The position numbers were made by a program, and so were the translations under genes. The notes below the pieces were generated by a model that saw only the letters and a list, made by a program, of their open reading frames with translations, had not been told where the DNA came from and did not search any database. Of a DNA stretch of 64,000 bases, positions 1 to 10,215 are shown in pieces (the stretch's first letter is position 1; each line of letters begins with the position of its first letter). Location of the stretch: the sequence record OL770074.2. One strand, written 5' to 3'. This DNA is from Escherichia phage vB_EcoM-RPN187.

Positions 1-72
1 AACTATATCGTTTAAAAATTAATTCTATGGGCATCTGGTTAATCCTAAGCCCATATTACTACAGAGGCTAAT

Positions 73-564
73 ATGTTTGTAGATGACGTAACTCGTGCCT
101 TCGAATCAGGTGATTTCGCTCGCCCTAACCTGTTCGAAGTAGAAATCTCTTATCTTGGGCAAAACTTTAGCTTCCAGTGTCGTGCTACGGCTCTTCCTGC
201 TGCGATCGTTGAAAAGGTTCCTGTTTCTTATATGAACCGTAAAATTAACGTGGCCGGTGATCGTACATTCGATGATTGGACTATTACAGTAATGAACGAT
301 GATGCTCATAGCATTCGTCAGAAATTTGTTGATTGGCAAGGTATTGCAGCAGGACAAGGTAATGAAATTACCGGTGGTAAACCTGCTGAATATAAAAAGA
401 CCGCTATCGTTCGTCAATTTGCTCGTGATGCTAAAACGGTCACTAAAGAAGTTGAAATTGTTGGCTTGTGGCCTACTAACGTTGGTGAAGTATCTCTTGA
501 CTGGGACAGCAATAACGAGATTGAAACGTTCGAAGTAACTCTTGCTCTTGATTGGTGGGAATAA
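73..564 (+). CDS. 19: tail tube protein gp19
   Basis: 163-aa ORF; N-terminus MFVDDVTRAFESGDFARPNLFEVEI matches recalled T4 gp19; directly upstream of portal gene as in T4. Confidence 0.9.
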   Translation: MFVDDVTRAFESGDFARPNLFEVEISYLGQNFSFQCRATALPAAIVEKVPVSYMNRKINVAGDRTFDDWTITVMNDDAHSIRQKFVDWQGIAAGQGNEITGGKPAEYKKTAIVRQFARDAKTVTKEVEIVGLWPTNVGEVSLDWDSNNEIETFEVTLALDWWE

Positions 565-612
565 TCTGGTTGGGGAGAAATCCCCAGCTTCCCGTGATGA
601 CGGAGAAGTCCA

Positions 613-620
613 TATAAATA
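613..620 (+). promoter_or_regulatory. T4-type late promoter (TATAAATA) upstream of gene 20
   Basis: exact TATAAATA about 29 nt upstream of gene 20 ATG; SD GGAGAA follows. Confidence 0.6.
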
Positions 621-648
621 TAACTATAATTCCCATTCGGAGAATACA

Positions 649-2220
649 ATGAAATTTAATATCTTAAGTTTGTTTGCTCCATGGGCAAAAATGGACGAAC
701 GTGATTACAAAGACCAAGAAAAAGAAAATTTAGAATCTATCACCGCACCAAAATTGGACGACGGCGCTAAAGAATATGAAGTATCTGAAAATGAAGCACA
801 GCAAACATATAATGCTATGTTTCAGAGAATGTTCGGTAGTCAAGAACCAGGGCTCAAATCAACCCGTGAATTAATCGATACGTATCGAAATTTGATGACG
901 AACTATGAAGTGGATAACGCGGTCTCTGAAATAGTTTCCGATGCTATCGTGTATGAAGATGATACAGAAGTCGTTTCTATAAATTTAGACAACACAAAAT
1001 TTAGTCCAAATATCAAATCAATGATGTTGGATGAATTTAATGAAGTGTTAAATCATTTATCTTTCCAACGTAAAGGTTCAGATCATTTTAGACGTTGGTA
1101 TGTGGATTCTCGAATTTTCTTCCATAAAATTATTGACCCTAAACGCCCTAAAGAAGGTATTAAAGAGCTTCGTCGTTTAGACCCACGTCAAGTTCAATAT
1201 GTCCGTGAAGTTATTACAACCACTGAAGCCGGTGTTAAAATAGTCAAGGGTTATAAAGAATATTTCATTTATGACACATCACACGAATCTTATGCTTGTG
1301 ATGGTCGCATATATGAAGCCGGCACAAAAATAAAAATCCCTAAAGCCGCGATTGTTTATGCCCATTCTGGTTTAGTTGATTGTTGTGGTAAAAATATCAT
1401 TGGTTATTTGCATCGGGCTATTAAGCCGGCGAACCAATTAAAACTTCTTGAAGATGCCGTCGTAATTTATCGTATTACTCGTGCTCCTGATCGTCGTGTA
1501 TGGTATGTTGATACAGGTAATATGCCTTCAAGAAAAGCAGCCGAACATATGCAACATGTTATGAATACGATGAAAAACCGTATTGCGTATGATGCTACTA
1601 CAGGCAAGATTAAAAACCAGCAGCATATTATGTCGATGACCGAAGATTATTGGTTACAACGACGTGATGGTAAAGCGGTAACAGAAGTTGACACATTACC
1701 AGGTGCAGATAATACTGGAAATATGGAAGATGTACGTTGGTTCCGTAATGCGCTTTATATGGCTTTACGTATTCCTATTACCCGTATTCCAAGTGACCAA
1801 GGTGGTATACAGTTTGATGCTGGTACTTCTATTACACGAGATGAATTGACATTTGGTAAATTTATTCGTGAGCTGCAACATAAATTTGAAGAGATATTCC
1901 TAGACCCGCTTAAAACTAATTTAATTCTTAAAGGAATTATTACAGAAGATGAGTGGAATGATGAAATAAATAATATTAAGATAAAATTTCATCGGGATAG
2001 TTATTTCTCGGAATTAAAGGATGCTGAGATTCTGGAGCGTCGCATTAATATGCTTCAGATGGCCGAACCATTTATTGGTAAATATATTTCTCACAGAACA
2101 GCTATGAAAGATATTCTTCAGATGTCTGACGAGGAAATTGAACAAGAGGCTAAGCAAATTGAAGAAGAGTCGAAAGAGGCTCGTTTCCAAGACCCCGACC
2201 AAGAACAAGAGGATTTTTAA
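649..2220 (+). CDS. 20: portal vertex protein gp20
   Basis: 523-aa ORF, near-identical over long stretches to recalled T4 gp20 ([17 protein letters not shown]...[12 protein letters not shown]). Confidence 0.95.
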   Translation: MKFNILSLFAPWAKMDERDYKDQEKENLESITAPKLDDGAKEYEVSENEAQQTYNAMFQRMFGSQEPGLKSTRELIDTYRNLMTNYEVDNAVSEIVSDAIVYEDDTEVVSINLDNTKFSPNIKSMMLDEFNEVLNHLSFQRKGSDHFRRWYVDSRIFFHKIIDPKRPKEGIKELRRLDPRQVQYVREVITTTEAGVKIVKGYKEYFIYDTSHESYACDGRIYEAGTKIKIPKAAIVYAHSGLVDCCGKNIIGYLHRAIKPANQLKLLEDAVVIYRITRAPDRRVWYVDTGNMPSRKAAEHMQHVMNTMKNRIAYDATTGKIKNQQHIMSMTEDYWLQRRDGKAVTEVDTLPGADNTGNMEDVRWFRNALYMALRIPITRIPSDQGGIQFDAGTSITRDELTFGKFIRELQHKFEEIFLDPLKTNLILKGIITEDEWNDEINNIKIKFHRDSYFSELKDAEILERRINMLQMAEPFIGKYISHRTAMKDILQMSDEEIEQEAKQIEEESKEARFQDPDQEQEDF

Positions 2221-2450
2221 TGGACGATTTAATTCAAGCTATTAAATCAAACGACCTCGTTGCTACTCGAAAGTTTTTTGAAAGTGCAATGGCAGAAAAA
2301 ACGGTTCGTTTGATTGAAGCACGCAAAGCAGAAATCGCTTCTCAATTTTTGATTGAAGGCGAAGAACCCGAAGAAGAAGAGAAAGCTTCGGAAGACGACG
2401 CTGATGAAGGCGATGACGACGAAGACGAAGATGATGAGGACGATGAATAA
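2220..2450 (+). CDS. 67: prohead core protein gp67 with acidic C-terminal tail
   Basis: 76-aa ORF start-overlapping gene 20 stop (ATGA-type coupling); poly-D/E C-terminus; T4 synteny 20-67-68-21. Confidence 0.8.
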   Translation: MDDLIQAIKSNDLVATRKFFESAMAEKTVRLIEARKAEIASQFLIEGEEPEEEEKASEDDADEGDDDEDEDDEDDE

Positions 2451-2875
2451 TGTATCTTATCCCTGAATCTTATGAATTGGTACTCGAAAATGTCGAAGCA
2501 CTTATTCCTGAAGCACAGGGCCGAATCGATGCATTGTCTTCTGCTCTCGATATTGACGATATAAATACTATTATCGAGAACATGCTTGAAACTGAAACGG
2601 ATTTAGCTGTTGCAATGGCTTCCATTATTAATGAAGAACAGTTAAATGAGTTTATCGTTAAACATGTTTCTTCTCGTGGTGAAGTCACTCGCACTAAAGA
2701 CCGTAAAACTCGTGAACGTAACGCGTTCCAAACAACTGGTCTTTCTAAAGCAAAACGTAGACAAATCGCTCGTAAGGTCGTTAAAGCTAAAAAAGCTAAC
2801 CCTTCAGGCCAAGTTAAAGGCTTGCGTAAGCGTAAAAAAGCTCTTAAACGTCGTAAAGCATTAGGATTAAGCTAA
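2450..2875 (+). CDS. 68: prohead core protein gp68
   Basis: 141-aa ORF, basic K/R-rich C-terminus; position between 67 and 21 as in T4. Confidence 0.8.
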   Translation: MYLIPESYELVLENVEALIPEAQGRIDALSSALDIDDINTIIENMLETETDLAVAMASIINEEQLNEFIVKHVSSRGEVTRTKDRKTRERNAFQTTGLSKAKRRQIARKVVKAKKANPSGQVKGLRKRKKALKRRKALGLS

Positions 2876-3522
2876 TGAATAAACCCGAGTTACTTATTGA
2901 AACTTGGGGTCAACCCGGTGAGATTATTGATGGCGTTCCAATGTTGGAATCTCATGATGGAAAAGATTCTGGCTTAAAACCAGGGCTTTATATAGAAGGT
3001 ATTTTTCTTCAGGCAGAGGTTGTTAACCGAAATAAACGTTTATATCCTAAACGCGTTTTGGAAAAAGCAGTAAGTGACTATATTAAAGAACAAGTCGAAA
3101 CCAAACAAGCCCTTGGAGAATTAAACCATCCACCTCGTGCAAATGTTGACCCCATGCAAGCCGCTATCATTATTGAAGATATGTGGTGGAAAGGAAACGA
3201 TGTATACGGACGTGCTAGAATTATTGAAGGCGACCATGGTCCCGGTGATAAATTAGCTGCTAATATACGAGCTGGTTGGATTCCAGGTGTTTCCTCTCGT
3301 GGTCTTGGTTCTTTAACCGACACCAATAAAGGGTACCGTATCGTGAACGAAGGATTTAAATTAACCGTCGGCGTAGATGCCGTATGGGGACCTTCTGCTC
3401 CAGATGCTTGGGTTACTCCTAAACAAATATCAGAATCAGAATCAGAAAATTCGGTGGAAACCACCAAAAACAGTGCTGATGAAGCATTTAAAGCTCTCGC
3501 AGAGAGTTTAAAAGCATTATAA
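2875..3522 (+). CDS. 21: prohead core scaffold protein and protease gp21
   Basis: 215-aa ORF (T4 gp21 about 212 aa); synteny. Confidence 0.9.
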   Translation: MNKPELLIETWGQPGEIIDGVPMLESHDGKDSGLKPGLYIEGIFLQAEVVNRNKRLYPKRVLEKAVSDYIKEQVETKQALGELNHPPRANVDPMQAAIIIEDMWWKGNDVYGRARIIEGDHGPGDKLAANIRAGWIPGVSSRGLGSLTDTNKGYRIVNEGFKLTVGVDAVWGPSAPDAWVTPKQISESESENSVETTKNSADEAFKALAESLKAL

Positions 3523-3555
3523 ATAATAATGTAATCTAAACCACAGGACACTAAA

Positions 3556-4368
3556 ATGATCAAAGAACAACTTTTGAAAGAAGCTCAAAACATCGAGACT
3601 TCAGTTGCTCTTAATAGTGTTTTCGAATCAGTAGAACTGTCTCCGGACGTTAAAGCTAATTTCAGCACTGTATTCGAAGCCACCGTTAAGCAGGAAGCAG
3701 TCAAACTGGCTGAATCTCATATCAAAGCCATCGCCGAAAAGGCCGAAGAAGAAGTTGAAAAGGCCAAAGAAGATGCTGAAGAGAAAGCTGATAAAAAATT
3801 GGCTGAACAAGCTTCTAAATTCCTAGACCATCTTGCAAAAGAATGGCTCGCAGAAAACCAAATCGCAGTTGATAAAGGCATTAAAGCTGATTTGTTCGAA
3901 TCCATGCTTGGTGGTCTGAAAGAACTGTTTGTTGAACATAACGTTGTTGTTCCAGAAGAATCTGTAGATGTTGTAGCAGAAATGGAAGAAGAGCTGGCCG
4001 AACATAAAGAAGAAACCGCTCGTTTGTTCGAAGAAGTTACCAAACGTGATGCATATATCAATTACGTTCAGCGTGAAACCGCTATTAATGAAAGCGTAAA
4101 AGACCTGACTGAATCTCAGAAAGAAAAAGTTATTGGCCTGGTTGAAGGTATGGATTATTCTGACGCATTTGGTACTAAGTTAACTGCTATTGTAGAAATG
4201 GTTAAAGGTTCTACTAAAGAAGAAGCCGCTATTACCGAAAGTATAAATACAGTTGACAATGACGCTGCCGGTCTTAATTTTGTTGCCGAAGCAGTTGACA
4301 CTACCACAACTCAGGTAGAACAGAATTCTAATGTAAGTTTATATGCGAAAGTCGCATCTCGTTTCTAA
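3556..4368 (+). CDS. 22: prohead core scaffolding protein gp22
   Basis: 270-aa highly acidic, alpha-helical/coiled-coil-like ORF (T4 gp22 269 aa); synteny. Confidence 0.9.
   Translation: MIKEQLLKEAQNIETSVALNSVFESVELSPDVKANFSTVFEATVKQEAVKLAESHIKAIAEKAEEEVEKAKEDAEEKADKKLAEQASKFLDHLAKEWLAENQIAVDKGIKADLFESMLGGLKELFVEHNVVVPEESVDVVAEMEEELAEHKEETARLFEEVTKRDAYINYVQRETAINESVKDLTESQKEKVIGLVEGMDYSDAFGTKLTAIVEMVKGSTKEEAAITESINTVDNDAAGLNFVAEAVDTTTTQVEQNSNVSLYAKVASRF
4242..4249 (+). promoter_or_regulatory. candidate late promoter TATAAATA inside 3' end of gene 22 (possible P23)
   Basis: exact TATAAATA about 137 nt upstream of gene 23 ATG; no consensus closer to the start. Confidence 0.35.
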
Positions 4369-4385
4369 TTTAAAGGTTAACACAA

Positions 4386-5954
4386 ATGACTACTATCAAA
4401 ACTAAAGCTCAGCTCGTAGACAAATGGAAAGAACTGCTGGAAGGTGAAGGCCTGCCGGAAATCGCTAATAGCAAGCAGGCTATTATCGCTAAAATCTTCG
4501 AAAACCAGGAAAAAGATTTCGAAGTATCCCCTGAATATAAAGACGAGAAAATCGCTCAGGCATTTGGTTCTTTCTTGACCGAAGCTGAAATTGGTGGTGA
4601 CCATGGTTATAATGCTCAGAACATCGCAGCAGGTCAAACCTCTGGTGCAGTAACCCAAATTGGGCCAGCAGTTATGGGTATGGTTCGTCGTGCTATTCCT
4701 AATCTGATCGCTTTTGATATTTGTGGTGTTCAGCCTATGAACAGCCCGACCGGTCAGGTATTTGCTCTCCGTGCAGTATATGGTAAAGACCCTATCGCTG
4801 CTGGCGCTAAAGAAGCTTTCCATCCGATGTATGCCCCGGACGCGATGTTCTCTGGTCAGGGTGCTGCTAAGAAATTCCCAGCTCTGGCTGCTGACACTAC
4901 TACTGTTGTAGGTGATATCTATACTCACTTCTTCCAAGAAACTGGTACCGTATATCTGCAAGCTTCTGCTATCGTAACACTTGATTCTAGTGCGACTGAT
5001 GCTGCTAAATTAGATGCAGAAGTTAAGAAACAAATGGAAGCTGGTGCACTGGTAGAAATCGCTGAAGGTATGGCTACTTCTATCGCTGAACTCCAGGAAG
5101 GTTTCAACGGTTCTACCGACAACCCATGGAACGAAATGGGCTTCCGTATCGATAAACAAGTTATCGAAGCTAAATCTCGTCAGCTGAAAGCAGCTTACTC
5201 CATCGAATTAGCACAAGACCTCCGTGCAGTACACGGTATGGATGCTGATGCTGAACTGAGCGGTATTCTTGCTACTGAAATTATGCTAGAAATCAACCGT
5301 GAAGTTGTTGATTGGATTAACTACTCAGCACAGGTTGGTAAATCTGGTATGACCCTGACTCCGGGTTCTAAAGCCGGTGTATTTGACTTCCAGGACCCGA
5401 TTGATATCCGTGGTGCTCGTTGGGCCGGTGAAAGCTTTAAATCTCTGTTGTTCCAGATTGATAAAGAAGCAGTTGAAATTGCTCGTCAAACCGGTCGTGG
5501 TGAAGGTAACTTCATTATCGCTTCCCGTAACGTAGTTAACGTACTGGCTTCAGTTGATACTGGTATTTCTTACGCTGCACAGGGTCTGGCTTCTGGTTTT
5601 AATACCGACACTACTAAGTCTGTATTTGCCGGTGTACTTGGTGGTAAATACCGCGTATACATCGACCAGTATGCTAAACAGGATTACTTCACCGTTGGTT
5701 ACAAAGGCGCTAACGAAATGGATGCAGGTATTTACTATGCTCCTTACGTTGCACTTACCCCACTGCGTGGTTCCGATCCTAAGAACTTCCAGCCGGTAAT
5801 GGGCTTTAAAACTCGTTACGGTATCGGTGTTAACCCGTTTGCTGAAAGTTCCCTGCAGGCTCCAGGTGCTCGCATCCAGTCCGGTATGCCGTCTATCCTG
5901 AACAGCCTTGGTAAGAACGCTTACTTCCGCCGTGTATATGTAAAAGGCATCTAA
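4386..5954 (+). CDS. 23: major capsid protein gp23
   Basis: 522-aa ORF (T4 gp23 521 aa), very high codon bias, strong SD; T4 synteny. Confidence 0.97.
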   Translation: MTTIKTKAQLVDKWKELLEGEGLPEIANSKQAIIAKIFENQEKDFEVSPEYKDEKIAQAFGSFLTEAEIGGDHGYNAQNIAAGQTSGAVTQIGPAVMGMVRRAIPNLIAFDICGVQPMNSPTGQVFALRAVYGKDPIAAGAKEAFHPMYAPDAMFSGQGAAKKFPALAADTTTVVGDIYTHFFQETGTVYLQASAIVTLDSSATDAAKLDAEVKKQMEAGALVEIAEGMATSIAELQEGFNGSTDNPWNEMGFRIDKQVIEAKSRQLKAAYSIELAQDLRAVHGMDADAELSGILATEIMLEINREVVDWINYSAQVGKSGMTLTPGSKAGVFDFQDPIDIRGARWAGESFKSLLFQIDKEAVEIARQTGRGEGNFIIASRNVVNVLASVDTGISYAAQGLASGFNTDTTKSVFAGVLGGKYRVYIDQYAKQDYFTVGYKGANEMDAGIYYAPYVALTPLRGSDPKNFQPVMGFKTRYGIGVNPFAESSLQAPGARIQSGMPSILNSLGKNAYFRRVYVKGI

Positions 5955-5978
5955 TCTTAATTGATTAAATCTTATTTT

Positions 5979-5996
5979 GGGAGACTTCGGTCTCCC
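5979..5996. terminator. CUUCGG tetraloop hairpin terminator after gene 23 (bidirectional context)
   Basis: GGGAGA-CTTCGG-TCTCCC followed by ATTTTT; preceded by T-run on the other strand, so also serves the convergent minus ORF. Confidence 0.8.
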
Positions 5997-6006
5997 ATTT
6001 TTGGTT

Positions 6007-6276
6007 TTATTTCTGTGCAATTTCGATGTAAGTTTTCAAAATATTTTGCCAATTAGGCATACCTTCTTGGACATATGCCGGAGAACCATCTTTGTTTTTG
6101 AATGACGCAAGTTTATCAGTGGCCCAATAACCTTTAGCTCGAGCTTCGGAATCAACTTTCATCCATACTTTGTTGAAGGCATTACCATTAACTTTTGCAC
6201 CATATTTTTCTACTAATCTAACTGCTTCAGCTTCCAGAACTTTTAAAGTATCTCGTAAGAAACGTGCTTTAGTCAT
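6007..6276 (-). CDS. hypothetical protein (occupies the T4 segD position between 23 and 24)
   Basis: 89-aa ORF with its own early-type promoter upstream; no nuclease motifs. Confidence 0.5.
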   Translation of the reverse strand: MTKARFLRDTLKVLEAEAVRLVEKYGAKVNGNAFNKVWMKVDSEARAKGYWATDKLASFKNKDGSPAYVQEGMPNWQNILKTYIEIAQK

Positions 6277-6305
6277 TTTGTTTACTCCTCTGTAGTTGAT
6301 AAGTC

Positions 6306-6336
6306 TATAGTATCACATACCAAATACGTTGTAAAC
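6306..6336 (-). promoter_or_regulatory. T4 early-type promoter (GTTTAC -35, TACTAT -10) for ORF 6007..6276
   Basis: plus-strand tatagta...(17 nt)...tgtaaac is the reverse complement of GTTTACA-N17-TACTATA. Confidence 0.55.
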
Positions 6337-6342
6337 AATCTT

Positions 6343-6350
6343 TATAAATA
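6343..6350 (+). promoter_or_regulatory. late promoter TATAAATA for gene 24
   Basis: exact TATAAATA 28 nt upstream of gene 24 ATG. Confidence 0.6.
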
Positions 6351-6377
6351 ATCTATATCACATAAGGAAAAAATGCA

Positions 6378-7661
6378 ATGAGTAAAATCCAAAAATTATT
6401 GCGTGAATCTACAACGTCTACTAGCAACTCAATTGGTCGCCCAAATCTCGTTGCTTTGACTCGCGCTACGACTAAATTAATATATTCTGACATTGTAGCA
6501 ACACAAAGAACTAATCAACCTGTTGCTGCTTTTTATGGTATCAAATATCTTAACCCAGATAACGAATTCACATTTAAAACTGGTGCTACTTATGCAGGCG
6601 AAGTTGGATATGTGGACCGAGAAAAAATTACTGAGCTCACAGAAGATTCAAAAGCCACACTAAATAAAGGCGATTTTTTCAAATATAATAATATCGTCTA
6701 TAAAGTGTTAGAAGATACACCGTTTGCAGATATTCAAGAAAGTGATCTAGAACTAGCTCTTCAGATTGCAATCGTTCATTTAAAGGTACGGTTATTTTCA
6801 GATGCAGCGGTAACAAGCAAATTTGAAAGCTCTGATAGCGAAATTTCTGATGCAAGATTCCAGATTAATAAATGGCAAACTTCGGTCAAATCTCGTAAAC
6901 TTAAAACTGGTCTCACGGTTGAATTAGCGCAAGATTTGGAAGCGAATGGATTTGATGCCCCTAACTTCTTAGAAGATTTGCTTGCTACTGAAATGGCTGA
7001 TGAAATTAATAAAGATATTCTTCAGTCTTTAATTACTGTATCTAAACGCTATAAAGTTACTGGAATTACTGACACCGGATTTATTGACTTGAGCTATGCA
7101 TCCGCTCCAGAAGCAGGTCGTTCATTATATCGAATGGTGTGTGAAATGGTATCACACATTCAAAAAGAGACAACTTATACTGCAACGTTTTGTGTAGCCT
7201 CAGCTCGTGCAGCTGCTATTCTTGCTGCTTCTGGTTGGTTAAAACATAAGCCAGAAGATGACAAGTATCTTTCACAAAATGCTTATGGATTCTTGGCAAA
7301 TGGATTACCTCTTTACTGCGATACCAACAGTCCGTTAGATTATGTTATTGTGGGTGTTGTAGAAAATATCGGCGAAAAAGAAATTGTAGGGTCCATCTTT
7401 TATGCTCCATACACTGAAGGAGTAGATTTAGATGACCCTGAACATGTTGGTGCATTTAAAGTTGTAGTTGATCCAGAAAGCTTGCAACCGTCTATCGGAT
7501 TATTGGTTAGATATGCTTTATCAGCAAATCCTTACACAGTAGCAAAAGATGAAAAAGAAGCGAGAATAATTGATGGCGGGGACATGGATAAAATGGCAGG
7601 ACGTTCAGACTTGTCTGTTTTACTCGGTGTTAAATTGCCAAAAATCATCGTTGATGAATAA
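6378..7661 (+). CDS. 24: capsid vertex protein gp24
   Basis: 427-aa ORF (T4 gp24 427 aa); gp23-like fold expected; synteny. Confidence 0.93.
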   Translation: MSKIQKLLRESTTSTSNSIGRPNLVALTRATTKLIYSDIVATQRTNQPVAAFYGIKYLNPDNEFTFKTGATYAGEVGYVDREKITELTEDSKATLNKGDFFKYNNIVYKVLEDTPFADIQESDLELALQIAIVHLKVRLFSDAAVTSKFESSDSEISDARFQINKWQTSVKSRKLKTGLTVELAQDLEANGFDAPNFLEDLLATEMADEINKDILQSLITVSKRYKVTGITDTGFIDLSYASAPEAGRSLYRMVCEMVSHIQKETTYTATFCVASARAAAILAASGWLKHKPEDDKYLSQNAYGFLANGLPLYCDTNSPLDYVIVGVVENIGEKEIVGSIFYAPYTEGVDLDDPEHVGAFKVVVDPESLQPSIGLLVRYALSANPYTVAKDEKEARIIDGGDMDKMAGRSDLSVLLGVKLPKIIVDE

Positions 7662-7669
7662 AAAAAAAA

Positions 7670-7685
7670 GGGACCTTACGGTCCC
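7670..7685. terminator. bidirectional hairpin terminator between gene 24 and rnlB
   Basis: GGGACC-TTAC-GGTCCC flanked by A10 upstream and T5 downstream. Confidence 0.75.
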
Positions 7686-7692
7686 TTTTTCG

Positions 7693-8691
7693 TTATGATA
7701 CTAATTCAATCCATGCAGGACGCAGAACATCTTGCACCATTCGGACTAATTCTTTCTTAACAAGATTCGGATTATCAGATGATGTTAATACAATACCTTC
7801 ACGAGAAGTTTCTTCCAGAATATCTTGAACAGTCAATCCCATCACTTTGCCAAAATCTTTTGGCGTTACAGTCCCAATCTTAGAAATCACATTATTAACA
7901 CGATTTAATGTAACATAACAAGCTAGAACATCAAGCAAGTTTTTGTCAATTTCGGTTAATGGAACCTGAGTTTTAATAGGCTTATCAGACTTTTTCTTTT
8001 CACTGAATTTAGAGTTCTTGCACTTAATAGCTACACGAGTACCGTTTGGCAGCCATTTAGGGAAACAAGGCTTCAGAACATAACCTTCTGCCGTATTATC
8101 GCCAATAACATTAGCATCAAATACACAATTATTTGCTTCTAAAAGGTCTTCTGACGCAGTAGCATTATAAGCGGCTAAGACGGAATCAAGGTCGTTCGGA
8201 ATCATGATAAGAGAATCAAATGTTCCACGACCAAGCATTGGTGCCATTTTAAAACCGAATTCATTACAGAAATCTTGCATTTCGTAATCGGTCAAATACG
8301 TATTATCACCACTTTCTGTATTGATAAGGATATCGAACACATAAAAATCTTTTTCACCGTAGTCAACACCTTTCTGGATTCCACCGCCAGCGAATTCACC
8401 GAATACTTGATATGATACGGCTCGAGCTGCGTGCATTAATTCCTGAACGGCTTTAATAGCTTTATCATACTTCTTGAGTACGATTTCATAGCCGTAAAAA
8501 TCTTCTGCTGGAAGAATAGGGCCTGTGCGCTTGGCGCATGTGACGTTGTCACGTTCAATTATTAACGAGAAGTTGGTCCCATGGATCTTCTCACGTGCTA
8601 CCCAAACACCAGTAGTCAAACCGTTAGTGTAGAGGTTTTCAATAAACTTAGAGTTGTAGTGGTTTTCAAGACTGCTGTATTTCTTAAACAT
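7693..8691 (-). CDS. rnlB: RNA ligase 2 (RnlB)
   Basis: 332-aa ORF; nucleotidyltransferase motif I KIHGTN; T4 Rnl2 is about 334 aa; synteny after gene 24. Confidence 0.85.
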   Translation of the reverse strand: MFKKYSSLENHYNSKFIENLYTNGLTTGVWVAREKIHGTNFSLIIERDNVTCAKRTGPILPAEDFYGYEIVLKKYDKAIKAVQELMHAARAVSYQVFGEFAGGGIQKGVDYGEKDFYVFDILINTESGDNTYLTDYEMQDFCNEFGFKMAPMLGRGTFDSLIMIPNDLDSVLAAYNATASEDLLEANNCVFDANVIGDNTAEGYVLKPCFPKWLPNGTRVAIKCKNSKFSEKKKSDKPIKTQVPLTEIDKNLLDVLACYVTLNRVNNVISKIGTVTPKDFGKVMGLTVQDILEETSREGIVLTSSDNPNLVKKELVRMVQDVLRPAWIELVS

Positions 8692-8783
8692 AAATCACCA
8701 TTATAAATAATAATATCAAAATAATTAGCAGAGACTCTATCTCTGTCCCAATGTTTAATTTGAATGGATAGAACCTAGATTCA

Positions 8784-8810
8784 TTATACCATCAAAAAAT
8801 GTAAAGCATA
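8784..8810 (-). promoter_or_regulatory. MotA-dependent middle promoter for rnlB
   Basis: minus strand reads ATGCTTTA (MotA box) - 13 nt - TATAAT. Confidence 0.5.
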
Positions 8811-9062
8811 CTAGAACTTGATTTCTATCCAGTGCCCATCACGCTGGTCGTGATTAATTTTGTACTGAAAGCCGTTATCACGGAACCACTGCCCGATTTG
8901 CTCGGTGATAGTTAAATCATTCTTTGACGGATAGTATGTAAATTGTGTCTGGCCTTTGTCAGCGGCTTTCTCTGCCATCACAGAGAAGTTAGTAATAAAA
9001 TCTTTCAACAAATTGGCTTTAGTGGCCAGGGCCCTTTCTCTTAATTCCTGTGCAAAACTCAT
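8811..9062 (-). CDS. hypothetical protein
   Basis: 83-aa ORF, start-overlaps upstream ORF stop. Confidence 0.5.
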   Translation of the reverse strand: MSFAQELRERALATKANLLKDFITNFSVMAEKAADKGQTQFTYYPSKNDLTITEQIGQWFRDNGFQYKINHDQRDGHWIEIKF

Positions 9063-9259
9063 TTCTTCACCTTTTTGTTAATAAAACGTTTACGGTATAC
9101 AACTTTTTCTTTTGCTTTAAACTTTGACCGAGCTGTCTCGGCTTTAGTCCATAGTAATCCAACTTCTTTAGGTTGTAAACCGATTTTTTGAGCAATTTCT
9201 ACGAATGAAAATCCCGCCTCATGTAATGTATAAACTTCAACTTCAGCTCTCATAATCAA
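9059..9259 (-). CDS. small helix-turn-helix protein (hypothetical)
   Basis: 66-aa ORF; segment LHEAGFSFVEIAQKIGLQPKEVGLLW resembles an HTH (sigma region-4/LuxR-like); basic C-terminus. Confidence 0.45.
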   Translation of the reverse strand: MIMRAEVEVYTLHEAGFSFVEIAQKIGLQPKEVGLLWTKAETARSKFKAKEKVVYRKRFINKKVKK

Positions 9260-9334
9260 TCCCGTATTATTTGGTTTGTGCCATTATACACATCAATCTC
9301 AAGATGTGTTTTGTATGCTTTAAAAACGAAGAAA

Positions 9335-9348
9335 GGGGCCGAAGCCCC
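9335..9348 (-). terminator. UUCG-tetraloop hairpin after hoc
   Basis: GGGGC-CGAAG-CCCC on plus gives UUCG loop on the minus transcript, followed by T-rich tract. Confidence 0.6.
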
Positions 9349-9354
9349 TTACGA

Positions 9355-10206
9355 TTATTGATAGGTATAGATGATACCAGTTTCTAAAGCAGTTTTATGA
9401 ATGATGTATCCATTACGTGATTCTTGAACATCAACTTCTGGATAATCTTGCAACATCTTCTGAAGAGTGTAACGATGCAGGTAGTATTTACTATCTGGAT
9501 CTTCAGTTTTCCAATCTTTACCTTCTTCGGTCATTTTTTGGATTTCATCCATAACCCACCAACCGCACCAGATGTAAGCTGAAGTACGATGTGGAAGAGG
9601 ATGAACATAAGGTAATTCGCCTTCTGGTTCTTGAGCAACTTTATCATTCACAGTAAGTGATACTTCATTCGAAGTAACTTCCTTTGCATCATAATCTGTC
9701 GCGGTTACTTGAGCTACACACTTAATTGTTTTAACTCCGCTTGTGGAAGGAGTGTAATTAAATGTAGCAGAAGTTGCTTCGCCTACAGGAGAACCGTCAA
9801 CGTACCACTGATACGTAGCAGATGCGCCTGATGGTTGAGAAGCTAAAGCAGCAGTAAATTCAACAGGAGTTCCAATCGCTCCAGTAGCAGGACTATCAGG
9901 AGTTACAGCTAAGGTAGTTGACTGAGTTTTATTTTTAACTGTGATAGTTGTTGTCGCTTCAGCCGTTTCCGGGCCTCCTTCAGAAAGTGTATTTGTTGCA
10001 ACAACTTTAATTGTTTTTGTTCCAGCAGGTCCTTTTAACACATAATCAAAAGTTGCTTCAGATCCATCTTGTTGAACATTATCTACAGTCCAAGCATAGG
10101 TAATAGTTCCACCTCCAGTTTCACCACTGGGTGTAGCAGTAAACTGCTGAGTCTGATCTATAACTCCAGTAGGTGTTTTAGGAGTTATATCAACTGTAAA
10201 AGTCAT
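9355..10206 (-). CDS. hoc: Hoc, outer capsid decoration protein with Ig-like domains
   Basis: 283-aa ORF; two T/S/V-rich Ig-like repeats (TITYAWTVDN...KTIKVVATN and ATYQWYVDG...KTIKCVAQV) plus Trp-rich C-terminal domain; T4 synteny. Confidence 0.8.
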   Translation of the reverse strand: MTFTVDITPKTPTGVIDQTQQFTATPSGETGGGTITYAWTVDNVQQDGSEATFDYVLKGPAGTKTIKVVATNTLSEGGPETAEATTTITVKNKTQSTTLAVTPDSPATGAIGTPVEFTAALASQPSGASATYQWYVDGSPVGEATSATFNYTPSTSGVKTIKCVAQVTATDYDAKEVTSNEVSLTVNDKVAQEPEGELPYVHPLPHRTSAYIWCGWWVMDEIQKMTEEGKDWKTEDPDSKYYLHRYTLQKMLQDYPEVDVQESRNGYIIHKTALETGIIYTYQ

Positions 10207-10215
10207 AAGTTATCC

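Noticed and set aside
299-538. 79-aa plus-strand ORF inside gene 19 in another frame
   Set aside because: Fully embedded in a conserved structural gene; no RBS; typical AT-rich chance ORF.
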